The notes: generated by a model from the sequence alone, not told the origin. A DNA stretch of 64,000 nucleotides from Bacteroidia bacterium (GCA_021740845.1 JAIOYZ010000001.1:147246-211245); one strand, 5' to 3'. Counted from the stretch's first letter, positions 43,593 to 53,953 are shown. Numbers and translations are program-made.

Positions 43593-44834
43593 TTAGTTCT
43601 GTAACAATTCTTTTCTAAGTAAATCCATTGCCATTAAAGAGGTTCTTAAAATGGTACGTTCTCTATTGTCGCCCATATTAAAAACTTTTGCAAAAGTATG
43701 TGTTGGTGTAGCTAAGGCAATCCAAACAGTTCCAACAGGTTTTAAATCAGAACCACCTGTTGGGCCTGCAATACCGCTTGTTGCGATGCCATAAGTAGTT
43801 TTAAACTTATCTTTTATCTGTTGAGCCATTAACGTTACACATTCTTCACTAACTGCACCAAAGGTTTCAAGGAGTTCTTTGGGTATATTTAATTGTTCCT
43901 GTTTGATCCTATTATCATAACTAATTATACTGCCCATATAATAAGCAGAGCTGCCAGAAACTGATGTTAGTTGATGAGCTAAAAATCCACCTGTGCAACT
44001 TTCGGCAGTACTTACAGTGGCATTTTTTTCTTTTAATAAAACGCCAAGCACTTCTGTTAATGATTCATCCCCTTCGCCATAAATGTATTCTCCGATGCTT
44101 TCGTAAACAGCTTCAATTATTGGGTTCAACTCTTTTTCTAAAGCTTCTAAGTTTTCTCCATAGGCACTAAAGCGTAAACGTACTGAACCAATATTTGGAA
44201 GGTAAGCAAGTTTAATATAAGAAGGTAATGCATCTTCAATGGATTCAATTTTCTTTGCCAGAAAACTTTCACCAATACTGCAAGTTTGGAGAGTTCTATG
44301 AAGTATGCTAGGAAAAGAAAAAAGTGATTTTAATTTGGGTATTGCTTCTTCTTCAAAAATAGTTTTCATTTCAAAAGGTACACCAGGCATACTGATAAAA
44401 ACTGTTTTATTTTCATAGAACCACATGCCAGGAGCTGTTCCATTTTTATTCCATAAAACTCCACAATTTTTTGGAAGCATTGCTTGCATATTGTTGGAGT
44501 CCAACATTGGCAAATTTCTTTTTTCAAAAATAGATTGAACAAATGCCAATACTCGTTCGTTTAGGATTAGTTCTGTATCAAAGTACTCGCACAAAGTTGC
44601 TTTTGTGATATCGTCTTTTGTAGGACCTAAGCCACCTGTTATAATAATAACATCGCTTCTATTTTCACCTTCACTTAAAGCCTGAAGAATGGCGTTTTTA
44701 TTGTCGCTTATGGCAGATTTGTGGTGAACATTAATGCCCATTTTATTTAAGGTTTGACCCAACCAAGAAGAATTGGTATCTATTACTTGACCCAATAATA
44801 ATTCATCGCCAATTGTTATAATTTCTGCCTTCAT
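43593..44834 (-). CDS. cinA: CinA-family competence/damage-inducible protein (NMN deamidase plus MocF-like N-terminal domain).
   Basis: MKAEIITIGDELLLGQVIDTN... and C-terminal CinA domain. Confidence 0.9.
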   Translation of the reverse strand: MKAEIITIGDELLLGQVIDTNSSWLGQTLNKMGINVHHKSAISDNKNAILQALSEGENRSDVIIITGGLGPTKDDITKATLCEYFDTELILNERVLAFVQSIFEKRNLPMLDSNNMQAMLPKNCGVLWNKNGTAPGMWFYENKTVFISMPGVPFEMKTIFEEEAIPKLKSLFSFPSILHRTLQTCSIGESFLAKKIESIEDALPSYIKLAYLPNIGSVRLRFSAYGENLEALEKELNPIIEAVYESIGEYIYGEGDESLTEVLGVLLKEKNATVSTAESCTGGFLAHQLTSVSGSSAYYMGSIISYDNRIKQEQLNIPKELLETFGAVSEECVTLMAQQIKDKFKTTYGIATSGIAGPTGGSDLKPVGTVWIALATPTHTFAKVFNMGDNRERTILRTSLMAMDLLRKELLQN

Positions 44835-45313
44835 AAATGCTTATGACTTTATCTAATTTTATGTTTGGTTAAAGGTAAGCGATGCTAACAATAGAAAAAA
44901 ATTCTTTGAAAGATTATTAGTAAAATTTATTTGATTCGATTTAAGTAATAATGTATAAAAAAATATACTACTTGACGTCATTCTTTATCTAAAATTTAAT
45001 TGTATAGTCAATTGCTAATTTTACTTTGAATTTTATTCAAAACATAAAATACAAATAGATGAAGTCTGTTAAGTATTGAAAATACTATACACTTCAGCCA
45101 TTGGTTATTTAAATGAATCACAATTACTACTTCAAAAATTATCAATGTCGAAAAACATTTTTCAAAAACTTAAAAAAAATGAAAGTAGTTAATCACATTT
45201 TTATGATAAGCATAATCCTTGGAGATGCTTGTAAAATCAATTGGTTCATTCATTTGCCCTTACTTATCAACAGGTAAGAGTGATAATTTTTTTCGACTGA
45301 TTTACAATAGGTA

Positions 45314-45344
45314 CTTGAAAATATTAAATACACTTATAAATTTG
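45314..45344 (+). promoter_or_regulatory. Candidate promoter for the H1-like gene (-33 cTTG, 19-nt spacer, -7 TAAATTTG).
   Basis: Sits within a 540-bp AT-rich leader. Confidence 0.25.
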
Positions 45345-45373
45345 TTATTGTAATCAATCAAATTTTTATACAA

Positions 45374-45664
45374 ATGGCAACAACCAAAAAAACTAAAAAA
45401 GCTGCTGCTCCTTCAAAAGGACCTGCTAAGAAGGCTGCAACTAAGAAAGCTGCTGCTCCTAAGAAAGCTGCTACTAAAAAGGCTGCAACTAAGAAAGCTG
45501 CTGCTCCTAAGAAAGCTGCTACTAAAAAGGCTGCAACTAAAAAAGCTGCTGCTCCTAAGAAAGCTGCTACCAAAAAAGCTGCAACTAAAAAAGCTGCTGC
45601 TCCTAAGAAAGCTGCAACTAAAAAAGCTGCTACTAAAAAGGCTGCAACTAAGAAAGCAAAGTAA
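45374..45664 (+). CDS. Histone H1-like K/A-rich DNA-binding protein (Hc1/AlgP-like repeats).
   Basis: 96 aa composed of AAPKKAATKKAATKKA repeats. Confidence 0.8.
   Translation: MATTKKTKKAAAPSKGPAKKAATKKAAAPKKAATKKAATKKAAAPKKAATKKAATKKAAAPKKAATKKAATKKAAAPKKAATKKAATKKAATKKAK
45398..45660 (+). repeat. About five tandem copies of a 48-bp unit inside the H1-like CDS. The unit length preserves the reading frame.
   Basis: Unit gctgctgctcctaagaaagctgctactaaaaaggctgcaactaagaaa, with few substitutions between copies. Confidence 0.85.
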
Positions 45665-45691
45665 TTCTTCTTTCTTAAGAAGCTTTAAAAT

Positions 45692-45724
45692 AAAAAAGGT
45701 CCCAAGTGGGACCTTTTTTATTTT
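45692..45724 (+). terminator. Rho-independent terminator after the H1-like gene.
   Basis: GGTCCC-AAGT-GGGACC stem followed by T6AT4. Confidence 0.65.
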
Positions 45725-45760
45725 GTAAACTTTCCTTATTTTTATAAAAACATTCAAGCA

Positions 45761-45907
45761 ATGAAACTACGTACCTTCATTCAAATCTTAATTCTTTTTA
45801 CCTTTTTAACAGCTACAGCCTGCAAGGTAAAACGTTGTGCTAGTTTCGAAAATCAAGATAAAGATTATAAACTTAAATATGATCGGAATGGGCGCGTGAA
45901 GCGTTAA
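45761..45907 (+). CDS. Possible 48-aa secreted peptide/lipoprotein not in the ORF track, overlapping the mfd 3' end convergently.
   Basis: MKLRTFIQILILFTFLTATAC... signal-like N-terminus. Confidence 0.25.
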   Translation: MKLRTFIQILILFTFLTATACKVKRCASFENQDKDYKLKYDRNGRVKR

Positions 45908-48900
45908 GGACAACTAATTCATTCATATAATGAGTTGCTTGCTTGATGGTATTAATTTCAAAAAACAATAAAATCAAATTTAGGTTGCTTTGCTTCAATT
46001 TACATTTGTTGCCATGCAATTGAACATATTGCAAAATTCCCGCAAATAAATCTGATTGATAATAATGCTGTTTTTGTTCACTTGGGAAATAAGCCAATAG
46101 CTGCTTTTTCTTCAAGATTAATTTTTCAAAACCCATTTGCTTTCCTAATTCCCTTAACTTAATTAATGCAATTAAATCTTTTACTTCATTAGGTACTGGT
46201 CCAAATCTGTCTAATAATTGCGATTCAAATTGATCCAACTCTTCATCCTTTTGCAAACTACTTAATTGATTATATAGGTTCAAACGTTCTCCAATATTTC
46301 TAACATAATTATCTGGAATCAAAGCTTCCAAATCGGTTTCCAAATTGCAATCCTTTGCCTCTAATTTTTTTAGATTGGGTTCATCTTTAAATAGCTCAGC
46401 AAATTCTTCTTCTTTTAATTCATGGATTGCTTCATCTAAAATTTTATGGTACATCTCAAAACCAATTTCTGCAATAAAGCCACTTTGTTCACCACCTAAT
46501 AAATTGCCTGCGCCTCTAATGTCTAAATCTCGCATGGCTACATTAAATCCACTTCCTAAATCGCTAAATTCTTCAATGGCTTGCAATCTTCTTCTTGCGT
46601 CATTGGTTAAACTTTGCATGCTTGGTACCAACAACAAACAATAAGCTTTCTTATTACTTCTTCCAACCCTGCCTCTCATTTGATGCAAATCACTCAAGCC
46701 AAACATGTTGGCATGATTAATTATTATTGTATTGGCGTTGGAAATATCTAAACCTGCTTCAATAATTGTAGTTGCAACCAAAACATCAAATTCGCCTTCA
46801 ATAAATCGCATCATTACATCTTCTAATTTGTCTCCTTCTAATTGGCCATGTGCTACACCAATTTTCACCCCCGGACATATTCTTTCTAAATGATTTCCTA
46901 GGTCGTAAATATCTTTAACTCTATGGTGCACAAAAAACACCTGGCCACCTCTTTGTACTTCTTCCATAATAGCATCATGTATTACATCATCGTTGTAATT
47001 ATACATGGTGGTTTGAACCGGTTGCCTATTAGGTGGAGGAGTATTGATGATAGATAAGTCTCTTGCACCCATTAAGGAGAAATGTAAAGTTCTTGGAATA
47101 GGCGTTGCTGTTAATGTAAGTGTATCAACATTTGTCTTAAATGCTTTAAGTTTTTCTTTTGCCGCTACACCAAATTTTTGTTCTTCATCAATAATCAATA
47201 ATCCAAGGTCTTTAAATTTAGTATCCTTGCTCAACATGCGATGAGTACCTATCACCAAATCTAATTTTCCTTCTGAAAGTTTTTTCAAAACTTCCTTTTG
47301 TTCACTTGCAGATTTAAATCGGTTGATATAATCTATATTACATGGGAAATCTTTTAAGCGTTCTTTAAAGGTTCTATAATGCTGATTAGCCAAAATAGTT
47401 GTTGGAACCAAAATGGCAACCTGCTTGCTATCGCATATAGCTTTAAATGCCGCTCTTATTGCAATCTCCGTTTTACCAAAACCAACATCTCCACAAACTA
47501 ACCTGTCCATTGGGTGCGGACTCTCCATATCTTTTTTTACATCCCAAGTTGCTTTACTTTGGTCGGGAGTATCTTCATACATAAACGAAGCTTCCAATTC
47601 AATTTGAAGGTAATTGTCTGGAGCAAATGCAAAACCACTTTGACCTTTTCTTGCTGCATACAAGCGAATTAAATCTCTTGCAATGTCTTTAACTTTTTTC
47701 TTGGTATTACTTTTAAGTTTTTCCCAAGCATCGCTGCCCAACTTATTCATGCGAGGAGCAGTACCTTCTTTGCCTACATACTTAGAAATTTTATGTAATG
47801 AGTTTATGCTTACATATAACAAATCATTGTCTCTGTATACCAATCTAACGGCCTCTTGAAGTTGGCCATTTATCTCAAGTTTTTCTAGGCCTGCAAATTT
47901 GCCAATGCCATGGTCAATATGAGTAACAAAATCTCCAGGCCTTAATTCTCTGAGTTCTCTAAGTGTTAAAATTTTATTGCTCGTGTATCCACTTTTAACT
48001 TTGCCTTTATAGAATCTATCAAATATTTGGTGTTCGGTATAAAAGGCTAGTTTTATTTGATGGTCAATAAAGCCATTGCTTAATCCATGGTAAACAGGAT
48101 TAAATTTTACATCCTTGTCAAGGTCTTCAAAAATGGTATAAAGTCTTTCTATTTGCCTGCTGCTTTCACTAAAAATTAAATTGATAAAATCTCTACCCGA
48201 ATTATCTTTCAGGTTTTCTATTAGCATTTTAAAATTTTTATGAAACAAAGGCTGTGGACTCATATGGAAATCAAACGTAATTTTGGATTTCACTGCTTTT
48301 CTAGTTCCAAATTCTATAAGCTTAAAATTAGTTAGCTGTTTGAACCAATCCTTTTCTTGCATCCAAGTTTTTTCTATGCCTTCATAGCTTATTTCGTGAG
48401 TGTCTTTAAATAATTCGGGATTGAATCTTTCTGCCTTTTCTAAACCTTTTGCTATTTGTTCCTTGCCAAGGTTTAAATCTTGTGTCCATATTAAGGTGTT
48501 TTCTGGCAAGTAATCAAAGAAGCTTTGTGTTTGTTTTATTTCCTTTTGAACATTGGGAATAATAAAAAACCTATCTACCTTTTTTATTGATAATTGATCT
48601 ATTGGTTCAAAAATTCTAATGGCTTCAATTGTGTCTCCATTTAATTCTATCCTATAAGGTTTATCATTGCTAAAAGAATAAACATCTACAATACCTCCTC
48701 TAATACTAAATTGGCCAGCCTCATAAACAAAATCACTTCTATCAAAATTATGTTCTGTTAAGAATTCAATAAAAAACTCTAAATCAAAATTATCGCCTAC
48801 CTTTATTTCGAAAGTATTTTGGTTCAAATCATTCTCACCCATTACCCATTCGCAAACGGCTTCAGCTGTAGTAATTACCCATTCGGCTTTAGAGTATTTT

Positions 48901-49244
48901 TGGTTCAAACGGTTTAATACTTCTGCTCGTTCCAAAACCATTTGGTTGTCTAGTGTCTCAGGTTGAAATCCTCTGCGGTAAGAAGGAGGGAAGTAATTTA
49001 CAGTTTTGCCTTCCACCAAATTTTCAATATCAGCTAAAAAATACCTGGCCTCTTCTGCGGTACTGGCAATAATTACCATTGGGCAGTTTTTTTGTTGATA
49101 TACCATAGCCGCATACAAAGCCGCTGCAGATCCTATTAATCCATTTAAGTGAATGTTTTTTTCTTTGGTTTGATCCAAAGCTAAAAGTAATTCAGTAAAG
49201 GTTTCTGAACTTAAATAACTATCGAAAATCTCGTTTAACTTCAT
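45873..49244 (-). CDS. mfd: Transcription-repair coupling factor.
   Basis: UvrB-homology, RNAP-interaction and DEAD/DEAH translocase modules. Confidence 0.95.
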   Translation of the reverse strand: MKLNEIFDSYLSSETFTELLLALDQTKEKNIHLNGLIGSAAALYAAMVYQQKNCPMVIIASTAEEARYFLADIENLVEGKTVNYFPPSYRRGFQPETLDNQMVLERAEVLNRLNQKYSKAEWVITTAEAVCEWVMGENDLNQNTFEIKVGDNFDLEFFIEFLTEHNFDRSDFVYEAGQFSIRGGIVDVYSFSNDKPYRIELNGDTIEAIRIFEPIDQLSIKKVDRFFIIPNVQKEIKQTQSFFDYLPENTLIWTQDLNLGKEQIAKGLEKAERFNPELFKDTHEISYEGIEKTWMQEKDWFKQLTNFKLIEFGTRKAVKSKITFDFHMSPQPLFHKNFKMLIENLKDNSGRDFINLIFSESSRQIERLYTIFEDLDKDVKFNPVYHGLSNGFIDHQIKLAFYTEHQIFDRFYKGKVKSGYTSNKILTLRELRELRPGDFVTHIDHGIGKFAGLEKLEINGQLQEAVRLVYRDNDLLYVSINSLHKISKYVGKEGTAPRMNKLGSDAWEKLKSNTKKKVKDIARDLIRLYAARKGQSGFAFAPDNYLQIELEASFMYEDTPDQSKATWDVKKDMESPHPMDRLVCGDVGFGKTEIAIRAAFKAICDSKQVAILVPTTILANQHYRTFKERLKDFPCNIDYINRFKSASEQKEVLKKLSEGKLDLVIGTHRMLSKDTKFKDLGLLIIDEEQKFGVAAKEKLKAFKTNVDTLTLTATPIPRTLHFSLMGARDLSIINTPPPNRQPVQTTMYNYNDDVIHDAIMEEVQRGGQVFFVHHRVKDIYDLGNHLERICPGVKIGVAHGQLEGDKLEDVMMRFIEGEFDVLVATTIIEAGLDISNANTIIINHANMFGLSDLHQMRGRVGRSNKKAYCLLLVPSMQSLTNDARRRLQAIEEFSDLGSGFNVAMRDLDIRGAGNLLGGEQSGFIAEIGFEMYHKILDEAIHELKEEEFAELFKDEPNLKKLEAKDCNLETDLEALIPDNYVRNIGERLNLYNQLSSLQKDEELDQFESQLLDRFGPVPNEVKDLIALIKLRELGKQMGFEKLILKKKQLLAYFPSEQKQHYYQSDLFAGILQYVQLHGNKCKLKQSNLNLILLFFEINTIKQATHYMNELVVLNASRAHSDHI
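47010..47019 (-). repeat. GGTTCAAACC motif copy (mfd CDS).
   Basis: Exact 10-mer. Confidence 0.9.
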
Positions 49245-49324
49245 AAAATAGTAAAGCCCGGTTGTTAGCCGAGCGGGTTTTTTGTAGGCGCTAAATTAAC
49301 CTAAGAAATGGGAATGAAAATAAC

Positions 49325-51526
49325 TTAATCAATAAATTTACAGAGGTTTTCTCTTAGCTTCTCTGTTTCAATTGGCTTCCTTAGAAATATATCAAAATAG
49401 GATTCGTATTCTTTGTTTGCTTCTGCGGTAATATCAGCTGTTAAAGCAAAAATGGGAGTTTCTTTATTAGCATTCGGTTTGGTCCTTATCCATTGAGCCG
49501 CCTCAAAGCCATCCATTTCTGGCATGTGAATATCCATTAAAATATAATCGTATTTTTCTTTGAGCACCGCTTTTGTTGCAAATAACCCATTAGAAACATG
49601 AGTGGTATTGATATCCCATTTAGCCAATAATTTAGAAGCTACCATGGCATTAATCATATTGTCTTCAACTAACAAAACATTCTTACCTTTTAGGTCGATT
49701 TCTGAAATGGTGGATTTTTCAATTGTTTTTTTAGCATGTTTTAAAGTTAGGTCGAAATAGAAAATTGACCCCTTGTTAACCTTGCTAATAATATTGATTT
49801 CACTGTTGTGCAGGTTTATGAGTTTTTTTACAATGGCTAAGCCTAAGCCAGACCCACCTTGTTTTCTTGTTCTAATATTTTGTGTTTGAGAAAAGCTTTC
49901 AAAGATTTCCTCTTTGTCTTTTTCTGCAATGCCAATTCCCGTATCTTCAATAGATATTCTTATAATGTCAGATCCATTTTGAAATCCTAAAATTCTCACC
50001 TCAATTAAGATCTTACCTTTATCTGTATATTTAATGGCATTGCCAATTAAGTTAGCGATAATTTGAGAGAGACGCGTGGAATCAAACTCATAAAATGAAT
50101 GCAATTTTGGGTCAAGGCTGAGGTTAAGTTTTAGACCTTTCGCCTCTGCTAATTCAATATACGTTTGTTGAATGTTTTCGAAAAGGAAAATTAGAGAATC
50201 CTTCTTTTTCTCTAAACTCATTTTGCCTGATTCTAGCTTAGTAAAATCTAGAATATCATTAATAAGTAATAATAAATTATTGGAAGCGAATTTGAGGGAA
50301 TCAATGAGTTTTTTATCCTCTTCATTAGCATGAGAATCCAATAAATTGGCAATTGTAATTACGGCATTTAAGGGAGTTCTAATTTCATGACTCATGGTGG
50401 AAAGAAAGTCTTGTTTGATATTAGCCAAGTTTTCTGCCTTGTTCTTTTTCTCCAACATTTCAGATCTTTCCTTCTGAATTTCAGATTCGCGTTTCATTGC
50501 TTCTACCTTATTGAGCAATTCAAAATTGTCGATAATGGTGAGCGTTTGGTTTTGAACTATGGCTTCTTTTTGCTTGTGGAATTCTTCCAAAAAAGCGAGT
50601 GCTTTGTTAGAATGGTCCAACTTCTTATACAATTGGTAAAGGTGGAAATTGGATTTGTATTTTACAATTCCAATTTGATTCTCGTAACTAAAATCTCTTG
50701 CCTTGGTAAGCGTTTCCATTGCCAAATCAAACTGATTACTCAATAAGTAATTTTCTCCTAGTTTTCTGTAAGTCATTGCAGTTCCTAAAAGATCGTTGAA
50801 CTTCAGGTGGATTTTTAATGCTTCTAAAAAATCCTTGGTGGCAATATCGTATTTTTTCAGGGCCATTTGTACTTTGGCTCTTGCATAAATAGAAAATCCT
50901 AAACCTCTGGTATCACCTGTTTCTCTTTTCATTGCAATTGCTTGCTCGGCAATGTGCATGGCTTCAGAAAGGTTTTTCCTCTTAATATAAATTCCAGATA
51001 ATGGGTTCAGGGCATTAGATTCTAAACTTTTATCTCCAGCAATTCGGGCTTGTAAAATGGTTTCTTGATAGGCTTCTACAGCTTTATTTATATCACCAAA
51101 ATACTCGTAAATGGTTCCTAAAGATTTGTAAACTCTGCCAATATTTACAGCATCGTTGTTTTTCTTATAAATTTGAAGACAATCAATTAAATTTATTAGT
51201 CCTAAATGATAGTTATCTGTTTTGTAGTGAACCGAAGCTATATTGTATTTGGCATCTGCAATGCCTATTTCATCGTTAATGGTTTCAAAATAATTAATTG
51301 CTTTTTCTGATAATTGAGTTGAAAGTTTAAAGTTTCCTTTAATCATCTGAAACAATGACAAACGGGAAAGACTTTTTGCAATTAAATTAGGGAATTTACC
51401 TGTTTCACTTTGTTTAAGTGCTTCTTCAGCTAGAGTAACACTTTGGTTAATATCACTAACCCGTATAGTGTATGCTTGCTCTAACAGCGAATTAATTCTC
51501 TGCTCACTTGTAATTCGTTCTGCCAT
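49325..51526 (-). CDS. Soluble hybrid sensor histidine kinase: N-terminal TPR repeats, HisKA, HATPase_c and a C-terminal receiver.
   Basis: H-box MSHEIRTPLN, G-boxes, and receiver LLVEDN...MDIHMPEMDG. Confidence 0.85.
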   Translation of the reverse strand: MAERITSEQRINSLLEQAYTIRVSDINQSVTLAEEALKQSETGKFPNLIAKSLSRLSLFQMIKGNFKLSTQLSEKAINYFETINDEIGIADAKYNIASVHYKTDNYHLGLINLIDCLQIYKKNNDAVNIGRVYKSLGTIYEYFGDINKAVEAYQETILQARIAGDKSLESNALNPLSGIYIKRKNLSEAMHIAEQAIAMKRETGDTRGLGFSIYARAKVQMALKKYDIATKDFLEALKIHLKFNDLLGTAMTYRKLGENYLLSNQFDLAMETLTKARDFSYENQIGIVKYKSNFHLYQLYKKLDHSNKALAFLEEFHKQKEAIVQNQTLTIIDNFELLNKVEAMKRESEIQKERSEMLEKKNKAENLANIKQDFLSTMSHEIRTPLNAVITIANLLDSHANEEDKKLIDSLKFASNNLLLLINDILDFTKLESGKMSLEKKKDSLIFLFENIQQTYIELAEAKGLKLNLSLDPKLHSFYEFDSTRLSQIIANLIGNAIKYTDKGKILIEVRILGFQNGSDIIRISIEDTGIGIAEKDKEEIFESFSQTQNIRTRKQGGSGLGLAIVKKLINLHNSEINIISKVNKGSIFYFDLTLKHAKKTIEKSTISEIDLKGKNVLLVEDNMINAMVASKLLAKWDINTTHVSNGLFATKAVLKEKYDYILMDIHMPEMDGFEAAQWIRTKPNANKETPIFALTADITAEANKEYESYFDIFLRKPIETEKLRENLCKFID

Positions 51527-51579
51527 TTAAATACACATTTCATTCCAAACCAAATAAAGGATATTTCTTTTGAATTTCC

Positions 51580-52470
51580 TTAAAAAGATTTTTTAGTAGT
51601 AAAATTTTCCCTAGGTCCTTTTGTAAAGGGCTTGTCAGACTTGGTTAAATACACTCCCTCAGGTTCAATCCTGATTTTTTTCTGTTTGTATAAAATTCCA
51701 ATAGCCTTTTTAAACACTTTTTTGCTCATGTTTAAGCGCGCTTGAATTTCACCTGGAGAACTAGAATCACCTAGGTTCAAAAAGCCTTTATTTTGTTTGA
51801 TATGGTTTAGAACAATTTCAGTAGAATCATCTACATGTTTGAACCCAATTTTTTGCAGGCTTAGGTCTAACTCTTTATTGTCTTTTACCTTTTTTACGTA
51901 TGCTTGAATGTTGTCTCCAATTTTTACTTTATGGTAAACTTCGTTGTGGTATAGCATTCCCATAAATTTATGGTTTACTACCACTAAATATCCCAAAGGA
52001 GTATCGTCAAAAATTACACCTTCAACCGCATCTCCTGCCTTAAAGCTTAGCGTTTCGTTAGATAAGAATTTTTTTATTTTGGTCGACCCAACTAGTCTTT
52101 GCGTTAATTCATCCAAATATAAATGAACCAAATAGGAGTGGTTTTCTTTCATAGGTTCCAATTGTTCTTTTACAGGAACCAATAAATCTTTTTCCATTCC
52201 CCAATCCATAAATGCTCCAAAACTGGTAATTTCTTTAACGGTTAAATGGGCTATTTCACCCAATTCAATTAATGGTACCAAAGTGGTTGCTACTGGCCTG
52301 TCTTCTGAATCGTTATAAACAAATACATCTAATAATTCTCCAACTTTGAGAGATTTAGGAACATATTTATTTGGCAGTAGAACTTCCTCTCCTTTTTTAT
52401 CTGCTAAATACATGCCCGCCGCTGCATTTCTAGTGGCTGTTAAACTATTTCTTTGTCCCAACTTAATCAT
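51580..52470 (-). CDS. CvfB/YitL-family S1-domain RNA-binding protein.
   Basis: Three S1-like repeats plus a C-terminal winged-helix region. Confidence 0.65.
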   Translation of the reverse strand: MIKLGQRNSLTATRNAAAGMYLADKKGEEVLLPNKYVPKSLKVGELLDVFVYNDSEDRPVATTLVPLIELGEIAHLTVKEITSFGAFMDWGMEKDLLVPVKEQLEPMKENHSYLVHLYLDELTQRLVGSTKIKKFLSNETLSFKAGDAVEGVIFDDTPLGYLVVVNHKFMGMLYHNEVYHKVKIGDNIQAYVKKVKDNKELDLSLQKIGFKHVDDSTEIVLNHIKQNKGFLNLGDSSSPGEIQARLNMSKKVFKKAIGILYKQKKIRIEPEGVYLTKSDKPFTKGPRENFTTKKSF

Positions 52471-52486
52471 AGGTTACAAAGGTAGT

Positions 52487-52846
52487 TTAGTTTAGCTTAA
52501 TTACTGCAAGTTTGGAGTTGTTCAATGGGATATACCCATATTCATAGCAGAAGTAGCATGTTTTTCCTTCTTCCAGTTCTTCGATGTGGGTATGGAAGTT
52601 AAAAACAAATCCTAATTCTTGGAATTTACGTTTAACAAGAGTGGTTTCGGTTTCCGTTTGGGCTGCAAATAGGTTTTCCAAAATGGTTCTGTTTTTCCGC
52701 AAAATGGCATTCACTTTTTTCATTTGAATGCCTCTACTACTATTTACCTGATTGTTGAAAGCACTACGGCAATGGTCGTCGCAGAACTTTTTGTCTTTAC
52801 GCCCTGCAAGGGGATGCTGGCAAAAATGGCAATTATTTTTTTCCAT
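52487..52846 (-). CDS. Hypothetical zinc-ribbon protein.
   Basis: CHFCQH...CDDHC and C-terminal CYFC motifs. Confidence 0.45.
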   Translation of the reverse strand: MEKNNCHFCQHPLAGRKDKKFCDDHCRSAFNNQVNSSRGIQMKKVNAILRKNRTILENLFAAQTETETTLVKRKFQELGFVFNFHTHIEELEEGKTCYFCYEYGYIPLNNSKLAVIKLN

Positions 52847-52887
52847 GTTAAGGCTATTTTTCCTTAAGATAGAAAGTTTTAGGAGTT

Positions 52888-53547
52888 TTATCTGTTCCCA
52901 AAAATTGAGCTTCCAACTCTAACCAAAGTAGAGCCTTCTTTTACTGCCAATAAATAATCACTGCTCATGCCCATAGATATTTCTTTAAATGAAGGCGATT
53001 GGCTAAAATAGTTGTTTTTCAATTCCTCAAATAGGGTTTTTAATCCTGCAAATTCCTTTCTAATTAGTTCCTCATTTTCTGTATTACTAGCCATTCCCAT
53101 TAAGCCTACAATTTCAATGTTTTCTAAGGGATTTAACCTAAGGCTATCCAATAATTCAGTCAACTCTGTTTGGTTCAAACCGAACTTTGTATCTTCTTGA
53201 GCTATGTATATTTGGAGGAGCACGGGTATAACGCGATTGTTTTTTAAAGCTTCTTTATTTATGGTTTCTAGTAGTTTATAACTATCCACCGAATGAATTA
53301 AACTCACAAAAGGAGCAATATATTTTACCTTATTGCTTTGCAAATGCCCAATTAAATGCCACTCTATATCCTTTGGCAGTTCTTGGTATTTCTCTAGCAT
53401 TTCTTGAACCTTGTTTTCGCCAAATAAACGTTGGCCAGCTTCATAGGCTTCTAGCAGTAGTTCTTTGGGTTTTGTTTTACTTACAGCAATTAATCTGGCG
53501 GTAGCACCTATTTCTTGGTTTATTTTTTGAATATTTGCAGCAATCAT
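52888..53547 (-). CDS. yggS: YggS-family PLP homeostasis protein.
   Basis: AVSKTKP lysine motif and TIM-barrel alanine racemase N-domain. Start at ATG 53547. Confidence 0.85.
   Translation of the reverse strand: MIAANIQKINQEIGATARLIAVSKTKPKELLLEAYEAGQRLFGENKVQEMLEKYQELPKDIEWHLIGHLQSNKVKYIAPFVSLIHSVDSYKLLETINKEALKNNRVIPVLLQIYIAQEDTKFGLNQTELTELLDSLRLNPLENIEIVGLMGMASNTENEELIRKEFAGLKTLFEELKNNYFSQSPSFKEISMGMSSDYLLAVKEGSTLVRVGSSIFGNR
53172..53181 (+). repeat. GGTTCAAACC motif copy (yggS CDS, encodes GLNQ on the coding strand).
   Basis: Exact 10-mer. Confidence 0.9.
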
Positions 53548-53935
53548 GAGAGTAAATAATAGTTTCAAATATCTGTTTATCTTGTCTATTGTGCTAATTT
53601 TTTCGTGTAATAACGATGGATTGCAGACGGTAGACAAACCTAAAAACCTGATTTCGCAAGAGAAATTGGCAGAGATAATTTCGGATATTCACATAGCCGA
53701 GTCGGGCTTGCAGTTGAGTAATTTGTCTCCCGATTCTTTAAACAGAATGACTGCTGGGTACTATGATTTTATTTTTGACAAACACCAAGTAAAACAATCC
53801 GACTTTGAAATGAGTTACAGTTATTACCTTGGTAACCCTCCCGAAATGGATTCCATTTACCTTAAAGTTATCGATGGACTAAACTCCAAAGATTCTCGTT
53901 CGCGAGGTGTTTTGGTGGAACCAAGCAACCCATAA
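53546..53935 (+). CDS. DUF4296-like lipoprotein.
   Basis: Lipobox LIFSC. The ORF track puts the 5' end 2 nt past the yggS start, divergent. Confidence 0.55.
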   Translation: MRVNNSFKYLFILSIVLIFSCNNDGLQTVDKPKNLISQEKLAEIISDIHIAESGLQLSNLSPDSLNRMTAGYYDFIFDKHQVKQSDFEMSYSYYLGNPPEMDSIYLKVIDGLNSKDSRSRGVLVEPSNP

Positions 53936-53953
53936 TAAGTAAAAAATAGAACT

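Noticed and set aside
45358-45757. Antisense ORFs 45358..45573 (-) and 45413..45757 (-) across the H1-like gene
   Set aside because: They are low-complexity translations (AAFLVAAFL..., SSSFF...) of the reverse strand of the K/A repeat. They are artefacts of the tandem repeat.
49255-49285. Hairpin AAAGCCCGGTTGTTAGCCGAGCGGGTTTTTT upstream of mfd as a terminator
   Set aside because: The imperfect stem and T-tract are on the plus strand, where no plus-strand gene ends. At most it is a weak terminator for the minus-strand kinase gene; left unannotated.
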